43,674 nt of DNA from a virus. Below, piece after piece: positions 19,093 to 27,978 of this stretch. Below the pieces are notes generated by a model. That model was not told the origin of the DNA, did not search any database, and worked only from the letters and a program-made list of their open reading frames with translations. The translations under genes and the position numbers were made by a program. The number at the start of each line of letters is the position of its first letter. The first letter of the stretch is position 1. The stretch lies in the UHGV virus genome UHGV-1379542; one strand, 5' to 3'.

Positions 19093-19527
19093 ATGAAAAA
19101 TAATATGAAAGATTTAACTTTAGCTGAAATCATAGCTTCTGTAATGGTTTTTTGTTATGGCTTCAGAGAATTTTTAAGAGGCTTTTTTTGGATAAAAGAA
19201 CAAGACGATGTTTTAGATGACAGTTCTTTTTACTTAGCTTTAGATAACATTTTGCCTATTTGGGGGTGGGGAATCATTGTTATGTTAGCAGGCATCATTG
19301 TCATCATTTCGGCAATATTTGTTAGCTCTGCAGACCAAAATTCTAATTTTAGTAAATTTATTTTAGTCGGTGGTTTTATGTCTGCTATCTTATATTTCTT
19401 GATGACGAGTGCAAGCATCTACCACTCTATAAATTGGCTTACAACTGTTCATATGGGCTTGATGTCAGCGACAGGATTTGTTGTTTCTTACATCGGAGGT
19501 GCTGATTTATATGCCAGAAGAAAGTAA
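19093..19527 (+). CDS. polytopic membrane protein (about 4 TM) embedded in tail module
   Basis: 144 aa with several hydrophobic helices. Function unknown. Confidence 0.45.
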   Translation: MKNNMKDLTLAEIIASVMVFCYGFREFLRGFFWIKEQDDVLDDSSFYLALDNILPIWGWGIIVMLAGIIVIISAIFVSSADQNSNFSKFILVGGFMSAILYFLMTSASIYHSINWLTTVHMGLMSATGFVVSYIGGADLYARRK

Positions 19528-19906
19528 TTACGTTTTAAGGCATGAATGGATTGAAAGTAACGGTAAAATATACGAGAAGATAAATGAAAATGACAGAAAA
19601 AACATTGAAGCCTTAAGCGATTTAAGAACGAAAGTTGAGACACAAACCACCTTACAACAACAAACATACGAAGCTCAAAAAGAAACTAACATCAATATCA
19701 AAGACTTAACTAGTGTAATGACTAAGGTAGGCACGGAAATGACTGATATAAAGTATAAAGTAATGTCACATGATGAAAAAATAGATGCAATACAAGGTAG
19801 CATTGAAACTAAGAAAAAAGGTAGTGTGCAAGTAATAGTAGCGCTAATTGGGTTAGCCGGAACTATCGTTGGTGGTGCCTTTGCGTTTGCTCAAGCCTTT
19901 TTTTAA
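19511..19906 (+). CDS. hypothetical protein with coiled coil and C-terminal transmembrane anchor
   Basis: ATG at 19511 with RBS ggagg 10 nt upstream; the track start at 19478 lacks an RBS. The C-terminus VQVIVALIGLAGTIVGGAFAFAQAFF is hydrophobic. Confidence 0.4.
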   Translation: MPEESNYVLRHEWIESNGKIYEKINENDRKNIEALSDLRTKVETQTTLQQQTYEAQKETNINIKDLTSVMTKVGTEMTDIKYKVMSHDEKIDAIQGSIETKKKGSVQVIVALIGLAGTIVGGAFAFAQAFF

Positions 19907-19959
19907 AAGTCGGTACATATTGTATCGGCTTTTTATTATGCCAGAAATGAGGTGCATAT

Positions 19960-22107
19960 ATGGGATTACCTAGTCCTAAAAGAAGAAAACCTACTGCTTC
20001 GGAAGTTGCAGCATGGGCAAAAAGAATGATTGGCAGAAGAGTTGATGTAGATGGTTATTATGGCGCCCAGTGTTGAATCTAGCACCTTTGATGAGTAATC
20101 ATCATAGCAAACTCCTCTAATTCATGGGAACCCTAAACAAGTTATGTTGTAGGCAATCATGAGCGAAGCCTATAAATAGGAACGTGCAACGACTAGTCGA
20201 AAGACGTACACTCAAGCGAGTGGAAACGGGGAGCAACCTAATAGGTTGATGATATAGTCTGAACATTCATAGAAATATGAAGAAGGTGACAAGTGGCGAT
20301 TGTCATCGTAACAAAATTGTGGGATTTACCAAACTACATTTTCAATAGATATTGGCATTTCAAAACAACAGGAAATGCGATTGCTATGGCGTGGTATAGA
20401 TATCCTAAAGGGTTCAAATTCTATAGGAATACTAGAAACTTTGTTCCGAAACCCGGAGATATGGCTGTATGGGGTACAGGTTCTTTTAATAATGGCACAG
20501 GACATACAGCTGTTGTAGTAGGTCCATCTAACAAGCGTTACTTCACCAGTGTGGATCAAAATTGGCGAAATGCAAACGGTTATACCGGTTCTCCCGGTTC
20601 GTTAGAAAAACACACATACTATGGTATAAGTGGGTTCGTCAGACCTCCCTACCACGCAGAAACTAAGAAACCATCGAAACCAAGTAGTACACCGTCCAAA
20701 CCCTCTAATGAAAACACTCCTAAAAACACAAAAGAACAAACGAAACCTATAACTAAAGAGGTTACCAAAGTTTCCTATACATCGTTCGCATATGATTTAG
20801 ACGATGATTTGGAATATATTTATCATTATATGGTTGAAGGGCAAAAGTTGATAGGGAAAGTAAAAGGTATATATATCAAAGAGAGTACACATATGCGTTC
20901 TGTTGAAGAATTGTATTTACAACGTAATAAATATGTGAATGAAGATGAATACCCTCATGTATATATTGACCGTGAGCGTGTATGGACACCTAGACCTGAT
21001 TCAGAAGAAGCACCAGAACATCCAGGTTGGCTTGTTATGGAAGTTTGCGGAGGACAAACGGATAGTAAACGCCAATTCATGCTCAATCAAATCAGAGCGT
21101 TAATCTACGGCGTTTGGTTGCTAAGTTGGAGTAAGGTAAAACTTTCTGAATCGTCAATCAAAGCAGATCCTAACATATGGCGTTCTATGAAAGATTTAAT
21201 CAATTACGACTTAATCAAAAATGGTATTCCTGATGAGAGCAAATATAAAGAAGTCGAAAAAAAAATTATCGGTTTATATTTGAAAAGAGATAAATTACTT
21301 ACAGAAACAATTACTACAACAACTACAAAGACAACGATAAAAATTAAACCTAAAACTTCGGTCGACAATCCTTCGCAGAACGATAAGCCGACAGGCAAAA
21401 CAACAAACAGAAATTCAAATAAACCTCGTGTAGTTGTAGAGAAAAGTAAATATACTTTCCAACAAGCGCTTAATGCACAAATGGCTCATGGCATGCCTCA
21501 AAAATCTTATAGTTGGGGTTGGGGCAATGCTTCTAGGTCACAAACAAGTAAGTATATGAATCCTAACACTATATGGAATAGTTCTGTACAAAGGTATCAA
21601 ATGTTGGATTTAGGTAAGTATCAAGGTATATCAGTAAGTAAGTTGAATAAGATACTTAAAGGTAAAGGTACATTATCTGGACAAGGTAAAGCTTTTGCAG
21701 ACGGTTGTAAGAAGTACAATGTAAATGAAATTTACTTAATCGCTCACGCTTTCTTAGAGAGTGGATATGGCCGTAGTAACTACGCTAGTGGACGATATGG
21801 CATTTATAACTATTTTGGTATTTCTGCATATGATAACAACCCAGATGCTTCAATTGCATACGCTAGACGTCAAGGTTGGACTAGTCCACGTAACGGTATT
21901 ATAGGTGGCGCTAAGTTTGTTAGAAAACAATATTTTAATAAAGGTAAAAACACATTATACAGAATGCGTTGGAACCCTAAAAACCCTGGTTACATGCAAT
22001 ACGCTACTGCGATTGAATGGTGTAACTTCCAAGCTACAACTATTAGTAGCTTATATAAAAAAGTAGGATTAAAGGGTATGTACTACATTCGAGATAAATA
22101 TAGATAA
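19960..22107 (+). CDS. tail-associated peptidoglycan hydrolase (CHAP peptidase + GH73 glucosaminidase), split into two exons 19960..20073 and 20320..22107 by a group I intron
   Basis: Exon 1 (RBS gaggtg, ATG 19960) encodes …DGYYGAQC and then meets TGA. Exon 2 resumes in frame with WDLPNYIFNRYW…, restoring the CHAP motif QCWD (compare the endolysin [15 protein letters not shown]). The C-terminal half carries a glucosaminidase-like block (…YLIAHAFLESGYGRSNYASGRYGIYNYFGI…). Confidence 0.7.
20074..20319 (+). mobile_element. group I self-splicing intron (246 nt, no homing endonuclease ORF)
   Basis: Preceded by a U (20073) and ends in G (20319). The internal guide gcac (20082-85) pairs with exon gugu (20070-73) to form P1. 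P7 halves are GACUA (20191-95) and UAGUC (20255-59), within the S-element-like GAUGAUAUAGUC. Removing the intron fuses the exons in frame. Confidence 0.7.
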
Positions 22108-22161
22108 CAAGGCTATTCACTGTCAGTGGGTAGCCTTTAATAATCAATAAGAGGTGCATTT

Positions 22162-23244
22162 ATGGTACAAAAATTACAAGATGTAGAAACAAATATTAAT
22201 GTTAGTACTGTAGAAAATGGCTTTATAGGAGCTAATTTCTATACAGAAGACGACGGATCTTCATATATTCGCATTGCTATTAAAGATAACAACGAGGCCC
22301 TTAACTTCAACAACACGGATATGACACCTCGATTAGATTTATTTAGTTCAGATGGTTCTATATTTACAAATGAACCTTTAGACATCCTTGTTCCAGAAGG
22401 AGGGGTTATCCAATATAAGGTATCAGACAATGTTATTAAACATGCAGGTAGAATGGATGCAAAGTTATTTTTAGCTAATAGTAAAGATAGTGTGCATGTC
22501 GCTAACTTTTATTTCACTATCACAGACAGTGGAATGACTGGACCGATTGGTAAAGAAATTCATGTAGATTCGTTACAAGATTTAGTAAAAAATGTTATGA
22601 AAGAGAATGCTATAGGATTATTAGATGATGATTTTAAAGATAAGTTAGAAAACGATTTAAAAGTATATATGGAGGAAAATGCTGATACATTCAAAGGAGA
22701 ACAGGGCGCTCAAGGCGCAATTGGTCTACAAGGACCTAAAGGAGAGCCTTTCCGATACGAAGATTTCACGCCAGAGCAACTCGCTAATTTGAAAGGAGAG
22801 CGGGGCGTACAAGGTATTCCTGGTGAAGATGGGAAACCATTCACATATAGTGATTTCACTCAAGAGCAGTTAGAGTTGTTAAAACCTAACTGGACGGACA
22901 CAGATTGGCAATCACTTCCACTTGTTAATGGAGTTGCACAAGCCGGCATATATAACAAACCTTCTTATAGACTGGTTTCAATTAATAATGTTAACGTAAT
23001 ATTCATTAAAGGTGCAATAAGTGGCGTAAGTATGAAAGAAATGGCTTTTGCGAAATTCCCTAAAAACATTGGGGATATGATAAAAGATTATAAACAATAC
23101 ACGAAATCGAGTATTAATACGAGTCAAGCGATTATCTATAATATCACCATCGCTCAAGGTGGCGATTTAAAAATTACATTTGATCCTAAGTATGAAGTGA
23201 AGTCGTATGACATGTACTACATTGAAGGAACAATTGTTTTATAG
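22162..23244 (+). CDS. collagen-like repeat tail fibre protein
   Basis: 360 aa with Gly-X-Y runs (GEQGAQGAIGLQGPKGEP, GERGVQGIPGEDGKP). Internal duplication of the motif F(R/T)Y(E/S)DFT(P/Q)EQL. Confidence 0.55.
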   Translation: MVQKLQDVETNINVSTVENGFIGANFYTEDDGSSYIRIAIKDNNEALNFNNTDMTPRLDLFSSDGSIFTNEPLDILVPEGGVIQYKVSDNVIKHAGRMDAKLFLANSKDSVHVANFYFTITDSGMTGPIGKEIHVDSLQDLVKNVMKENAIGLLDDDFKDKLENDLKVYMEENADTFKGEQGAQGAIGLQGPKGEPFRYEDFTPEQLANLKGERGVQGIPGEDGKPFTYSDFTQEQLELLKPNWTDTDWQSLPLVNGVAQAGIYNKPSYRLVSINNVNVIFIKGAISGVSMKEMAFAKFPKNIGDMIKDYKQYTKSSINTSQAIIYNITIAQGGDLKITFDPKYEVKSYDMYYIEGTIVL

Positions 23245-23254
23245 GAGGTAAAAT

Positions 23255-23599
23255 ATGAAAACAAAACAAATTTATTTCTATGATGGAACTCCATATTTGG
23301 TTATAGAAAACAAAAGAGGAGACATGGAATTCCCGAAAGGAAAATGGACAGAGATAGAACCTCCGGAAGGGATATTTACCCCTTGTCATTTTGACGGAGA
23401 AAAATGGATAGGAACATCACATGAAGAATGGTTAAAAAAACAACCTAAAGTTGAAATAGAAGAAATTCCCGATGATAAAGATATTTTAATATCGGATTTA
23501 ACTTTACAATTAATGAAAACACAAGATACAGTAGCAAATCTACAAAATGATATAGCGAATTTAACATTACAAGTTTTGGAGAGTGATATTAATGCGTAA
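23255..23599 (+). CDS. XkdW-like tail-fibre-associated protein (copy 2)
   Basis: 114 aa paralog of 18546..18914. Confidence 0.5.
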   Translation: MKTKQIYFYDGTPYLVIENKRGDMEFPKGKWTEIEPPEGIFTPCHFDGEKWIGTSHEEWLKKQPKVEIEEIPDDKDILISDLTLQLMKTQDTVANLQNDIANLTLQVLESDINA

Positions 23600-23738
23600 C
23601 ATAGGTATCAGATACTATAAAATGGGTTTATACAATGAAGAACAATTTGCTTTATTTGTTAAAAGAGGATTTGTAACACCAGAAGAATACTTAGAATTAA
23701 CTGGTGTTGAATACGATCCTGAAAAAGCACATGCATAA
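23592..23738 (+). CDS. XkdX-like small protein (copy 2)
   Basis: 48 aa from ATG 23592 (ATGCGTAA overlaps the upstream stop). Similar to 18916..19056. Confidence 0.4.
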   Translation: MRNIGIRYYKMGLYNEEQFALFVKRGFVTPEEYLELTGVEYDPEKAHA

Positions 23739-23746
23739 CTAATTCA

Positions 23747-23770
23747 CCGGACTAAAAAGTCCGGTTTTTT
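23747..23770 (+). terminator. rho-independent terminator
   Basis: Stem ccggact / agtccgg with a 4-nt loop, followed by tttttt. Confidence 0.75.
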
Positions 23771-23784
23771 ATTGGAGGTAAAAC

Positions 23785-24294
23785 ATGCTAATAAATGTAC
23801 TTAATTTAAATGACTCTCAAGACGGTAATCGCATTAAACAAGGCGATTTATCACATATGCGTTATATCCTAACAGATACTAACAACGATGATTTAAAACT
23901 TGACGGATTACCTGCAAAAGTATTTTTGACAGATGAAAAGGGTGTTAAATATATCTACGACACAACTGTTAGAAAAAGTGATGATAAATATACTTGCGAT
24001 GTAGTTATCAATCAAATTATCCCTGCTAACATATACACACTGGAAATATGGGTGGATAACAAGTATGTATTCCCGTCTGATAAGAAAACGAAAATTCAAG
24101 TGACAGAGAGTGTGATTGGTAGACAATTAATCAACACACAAAACCATGATTTATGGCAAGAAATGATTGAATACGGTGTAAAAAACGGATTAATTAAGAA
24201 TCAAACTGAAAGCGAAGAAAATTTTGTCATTGGAGAAAACGAACCGACTGACACAACTAAAATTTGGATTGACACTACTGGAGGTAATGAATAA
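23785..24294 (+). CDS. hypothetical protein (possible baseplate/structural)
   Basis: 169 aa with RBS ggaggt. Lies in the late region upstream of the holin. Confidence 0.35.
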   Translation: MLINVLNLNDSQDGNRIKQGDLSHMRYILTDTNNDDLKLDGLPAKVFLTDEKGVKYIYDTTVRKSDDKYTCDVVINQIIPANIYTLEIWVDNKYVFPSDKKTKIQVTESVIGRQLINTQNHDLWQEMIEYGVKNGLIKNQTESEENFVIGENEPTDTTKIWIDTTGGNE

Positions 24295-24824
24295 TGAAAG
24301 CTATACCTAAAATTTTTGACAAAGAAAAAGGGCAATGGATTGAGTTAATGGCTAAACCTATAGCAGAGGAAGTAGTTAAAATTATGAAAGAAGATTGGTT
24401 GTCTAATAAAAAAACGATTGATTATTGGTTGCTAAGCTATAAAGAACAAGGTATGGCTGAACCTATTCAAGTTGCTATATTTACTGATGGCAATGAAGTT
24501 GATGAAACATTAAAAAGTAATTTAGAGTGGAGTTTTAACGGTTATGTATCTAATCTACAAAACAAAAAACTCTTTAATTTACAGGGTTTTATAAACGATT
24601 GCTATAGTAGAAAAATAGAATTACCTAAACAATTCAAAGTCAACGCTACTGTAAATTTCGATAGTTTAGATGAGCCTATTTACTTACAGGAAATCGACAA
24701 TATAACTACTAATGTTGATGTAATAGGTATGTTAGATGAATCTTCTAAAGGTTCGATTGAAGTTAAGTATATTTATAACGATCACCCTATAGAAGAGAAG
24801 AAATTAATAAAAGAGAACAAGTAA
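24294..24824 (+). CDS. hypothetical protein
   Basis: 176 aa. Start overlaps the upstream stop (TAATG). Confidence 0.35.
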   Translation: MKAIPKIFDKEKGQWIELMAKPIAEEVVKIMKEDWLSNKKTIDYWLLSYKEQGMAEPIQVAIFTDGNEVDETLKSNLEWSFNGYVSNLQNKKLFNLQGFINDCYSRKIELPKQFKVNATVNFDSLDEPIYLQEIDNITTNVDVIGMLDESSKGSIEVKYIYNDHPIEEKKLIKENK

Positions 24825-24878
24825 TTTAAGTCAACGTTTTGCGTTGGCTTTTTAATTTATATAAAAGGAGATATGAGT

Positions 24879-25148
24879 ATGAAAACAGATGTAGGTTCAA
24901 TTGTAAGAACAATCGTATTTATTTTAGCTTGGGTTAACCAATTTTTAGCTACTAAAAACATTTCGCCTATTCCAGTAGATGAAGTGACTATTAGTTCTAT
25001 TATTACTGGCGCAGTTTCCCTGTGGACATGGTGGAAAAATAATAATTTCTCTCACGCAGCGCAAAAAGGACAACAAAAGTTACATGAAGTTAAAGCTGGA
25101 ACAAATTCTACAGGTGGTGCGCCTCAAACGAATGGAGATGATTTCTAA
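24879..25148 (+). CDS. holin
   Basis: Two hydrophobic helices and a polar, charged C-terminus. Lies immediately upstream of the endolysin. ATG 24879 has 8-nt spacing from GGAG; the track start at 24873 is too close to the RBS. Confidence 0.6.
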   Translation: MKTDVGSIVRTIVFILAWVNQFLATKNISPIPVDEVTISSIITGAVSLWTWWKNNNFSHAAQKGQQKLHEVKAGTNSTGGAPQTNGDDF

Positions 25149-26551
25149 TGGTATCTGTTAGAACATATAAGCAATCAATTGCATATTTAAAAAGTTTAGA
25201 GGGCAAAGCGTTAAACCCTGACGGTGCTTATGGTTTCCAATGTTTCGACGTAGCTAACCAATATTGGCTTTATTTATTCGGTCATACTTTAAAAGGTGTG
25301 GGTGCTGCAGACATTCCGACATGGAACAATTTTACAGGAGAAGCTACTGTTTATGAGAATACACTATCATTTTTAGCTAAGCCTGGAGATGTTGTAATAT
25401 TCAATAGAAATTATGGTGGGGGTTATGGTCACGTAGGTATCGTTATTTCTGCTACTTCTAACTCTATAACTATACTGGAGCAAAATTGGGTTGGCGGTGC
25501 GTATTGGACACCTCCTGAAGTTACTACAAGACGTACACATGGCTACGACTTCCCTATGTGGTTTATTAGACCTTTCTACGCTAAAGAAACGACTAAGAAC
25601 AAAGTTAAAAGTAAAGCTAAACCAGTTAAGAAAGCAAAAGCTAAGAAAGGTAAGAAAATCTTGCTTGTTGCAGGTCATGGTAAAGGTGCTTATTCAAATG
25701 ATCCAGGTGCCGTAGCAAACGGATATAATGAACGTGACTTCAATAGAAAGGAAATTATTCCTAGAATAAAGAAATATCTTGAAAGTGTAGGTAATACAGT
25801 TGTTTTATACGGTGGCAAATCAATGAATCAAGACTTGTATCAAGATACGTTATATGGACAACGTGTAGGTAATTATTCCGACTATGGTTTATATTGGGTT
25901 AAAAAGAATGTTAAGCCTGATGTCATTGTAGAATTCCACTTAGACGCTGCAAGCCCTCAAGCAAGTGGTGGTCATGTCATTGTAAGTGACAGGTATCCTG
26001 CAGATGATATAGACAAAGCGTTATCTAGCGCATTAGGTAAGACGGTTGGTAAAATTAGAGGTGTAACACCTAGAAACGATTTATTAAACGCTAATGTTAC
26101 CGGACAACTTAATTTGAATTACAGATTAATAGAATTAGGCTTCATCACTAGTAAAAAAGACATGAACTATATCACTAAGAACGTCAATGAGTTTACTAAA
26201 CGACTTGCCGAAGCTATTAACGGTAGACAAATCAATGCACCTAAGAGCAAACCGTCTAAAGCTAAAACAACGTGGAACTGGGGAGGTAAATTCACTGCTA
26301 ACAGTACTATTAAAGTACGTAAGTCACCTGGACTTAAAGGGAGTGTAGTTGAAAGTGGTTCGTGGTTATACAAGGGGAATTATGTTCCTTTCGACCAAGT
26401 AATCAAAAAAGATGGGTATTGGTGGATTAGATTTAAATATGTTAAGCCAGGCTCAAGTAATAAACATTTCTATTGTGCCGTTTGTAAAATCACAGACAAA
26501 CAGCAAAAAATTAAAAATGAAAAATACTGGGGTGAAATAGACTGGAAATGA
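25148..26551 (+). CDS. endolysin: CHAP peptidase + N-acetylmuramoyl-L-alanine amidase + SH3b cell-wall binding domain
   Basis: 467 aa. N-terminal CHAP (…[13 protein letters not shown]… with a downstream His). Central amidase block [19 protein letters not shown] Lys-rich linker. C-terminal SH3_5-like segment (…[23 protein letters not shown]…). Confidence 0.85.
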   Translation: MVSVRTYKQSIAYLKSLEGKALNPDGAYGFQCFDVANQYWLYLFGHTLKGVGAADIPTWNNFTGEATVYENTLSFLAKPGDVVIFNRNYGGGYGHVGIVISATSNSITILEQNWVGGAYWTPPEVTTRRTHGYDFPMWFIRPFYAKETTKNKVKSKAKPVKKAKAKKGKKILLVAGHGKGAYSNDPGAVANGYNERDFNRKEIIPRIKKYLESVGNTVVLYGGKSMNQDLYQDTLYGQRVGNYSDYGLYWVKKNVKPDVIVEFHLDAASPQASGGHVIVSDRYPADDIDKALSSALGKTVGKIRGVTPRNDLLNANVTGQLNLNYRLIELGFITSKKDMNYITKNVNEFTKRLAEAINGRQINAPKSKPSKAKTTWNWGGKFTANSTIKVRKSPGLKGSVVESGSWLYKGNYVPFDQVIKKDGYWWIRFKYVKPGSSNKHFYCAVCKITDKQQKIKNEKYWGEIDWK

Positions 26552-26579
26552 TATAATTAAATTACCACGTCATTATACA

Positions 26580-26609
26580 AGGGTAGTCGCTATGGCTACC
26601 CTATTTTTT
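26580..26609 (+). terminator. rho-independent terminator after lysis cassette
   Basis: Stem agggtag / ctaccct with a 9-nt loop, followed by atttttta. Confidence 0.65.
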
Positions 26610-26657
26610 ATTGTATAATAATCTTTGTCCCTAATTTCAAACTAATACTATATTCTA

Positions 26658-26686
26658 AACCACGTTCTTATGAGCGTGGTTTTTTT
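26658..26686 (+). terminator. second intrinsic-terminator-like hairpin
   Basis: Stem aaccacg / cgtggtt with a 10-nt loop, followed by tttttt. Confidence 0.55.
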
Positions 26687-26694
26687 GTATACAC

Positions 26695-26875
26695 GTGTCA
26701 AATACGTGTCAAAATAATTATAATCTTTTAGTTCTATTTAGAAAATAAATCTTTGAAAACACTGTACTTATGGCTATTTAGTTTTATTTAGAAATTTATT
26801 TTTATCCCTCCGTTTCCGTACTATAACGTTGATATGACGGGCTTTCGAGAGAGTAAGTGTCAAATAAGTGTCAAG
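26695..26875. repeat. attP-like region: tandem GTGTCAA(A/G) arm-type repeats at 26695-26715 and 26857-26875, flanking 22-nt direct repeats TAGTTYTATTTAGAAA at 26729-26750 and 26779-26800
   Basis: Direct repeats read from the sequence. Lies directly 3' of the integrase gene; the second pair overlaps the int stop codon at 26871-73. Confidence 0.5.
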
Positions 26876-27920
26876 AGAATATTTCTCTGACACGTTGGCC
26901 TTGCTCTTTTTTATGTTCTTCTAATAAATGTGAATACGTGTCTAACGTTTGTGATATAGTAGCGTGACCTAAACGTTTACTTATATACTCGATTGGTATG
27001 CCTTTAGATAGTAAGTAAGATGTGTGCGTATGTCTGAGTGAATAGGGAGTTATATTATTATCGTTTAATCCTATCACCTCTTTTGCTTTTCTGAATGCTT
27101 TACTTACTGATGTATGACTAACCGAGAATAACTTGCCATCAATTCTACGTGGCATTTTAGCTAATTTTGAATTTATGTGCATGATATCTTTTGAATTTAC
27201 TTCTACATCACGTTTTGAATTCTTTGTTTTCGTTCCAGGCAAATGAATTATGCCATTCGCTTTGTTTAGATCTTTGTAAGTCATATTGATGACATCGCTA
27301 TATCTTGCGCCAGTAATGCCTAATAGATATAGCAAAACATAACTTTCTTCATCTCTTTTCTTGAAATAATCTAGCAAGTTTAAATAGTCTTTTATCGTAA
27401 TAAACTTAAATTTCTCATCTTTAGCTTTTTCAGTCCCTTTGATATTTACATTATAAGTAGGGTCTTTCTTCAAATAGCCATCGTATAACGCGTCTCTAAT
27501 ACATCTAGCAAGACAACCGTGAACTTTTCTTACTGTTTCATCAGTGTGACCTTGTGCGTATTGATTTAAAAACTTTTGATACTCACTACGTGTGATATTT
27601 TTAACTAACATATTTTCTCCGAAATACTCACTGAATAATTTAATCGATCTTTCATACCAGTAGAATTGTTTGCTAGACAACTGTTTCTTGTTCTTAATTT
27701 TTATCCAGTCATCGTAGTAGTCAACGAATTTTTTATTATCTTCAATGTTGTTGCCATCTTCTAAATCTCTAATTAATTGTTGTGCTGCGTTTGTAGCCTC
27801 AGCTTTTGTTTTAAATCCAGATTTACGTTTTTTGCCAGATTTCAAACTAGGGTGTTTAACATCGTATTGCCATGATGAGCTTGTCTTATTTTTGCGTTTT
27901 GTTACTGTAAATGTTGCCAT
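26871..27920 (-). CDS. int: tyrosine integrase
   Basis: 349 aa. The C-terminal catalytic region carries R…HxxR…Y (…SLRHTHTSYLL…LGHATISQTLDTYSHLL). RBS aaggagg. Confidence 0.9.
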   Translation of the reverse strand: MATFTVTKRKNKTSSSWQYDVKHPSLKSGKKRKSGFKTKAEATNAAQQLIRDLEDGNNIEDNKKFVDYYDDWIKIKNKKQLSSKQFYWYERSIKLFSEYFGENMLVKNITRSEYQKFLNQYAQGHTDETVRKVHGCLARCIRDALYDGYLKKDPTYNVNIKGTEKAKDEKFKFITIKDYLNLLDYFKKRDEESYVLLYLLGITGARYSDVINMTYKDLNKANGIIHLPGTKTKNSKRDVEVNSKDIMHINSKLAKMPRRIDGKLFSVSHTSVSKAFRKAKEVIGLNDNNITPYSLRHTHTSYLLSKGIPIEYISKRLGHATISQTLDTYSHLLEEHKKEQGQRVREIFS

Positions 27921-27937
27921 TTTCCGTGTTCCTCCTT

Positions 27938-27973
27938 AAAAAAGTAAAAAAATAATAAGGGTACTAGGTACCC
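27938..27973 (-). terminator. rho-independent terminator for lipoprotein gene (minus strand)
   Basis: Palindrome gggtac-tag-gtaccc (27959-73). The minus-strand run ttattattttttt follows it. Confidence 0.6.
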
Positions 27974-27978
27974 ATAAA

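Noticed and set aside
19960-20319. An in-frame TGA at 20074 after 38 codons could mean the hydrolase gene is a pseudogene or was mis-assembled.
   Set aside because: The downstream frame resumes exactly in phase and restores the CHAP catalytic motif. The 246-nt insert carries group I intron signatures, so splicing is the better explanation.
26552-26870. A tRNA gene at the attachment region.
   Set aside because: No cloverleaf-compatible segment or conserved T-loop (GTTCRANYC) was found. The region looks like phage-side attP with arm repeats only.
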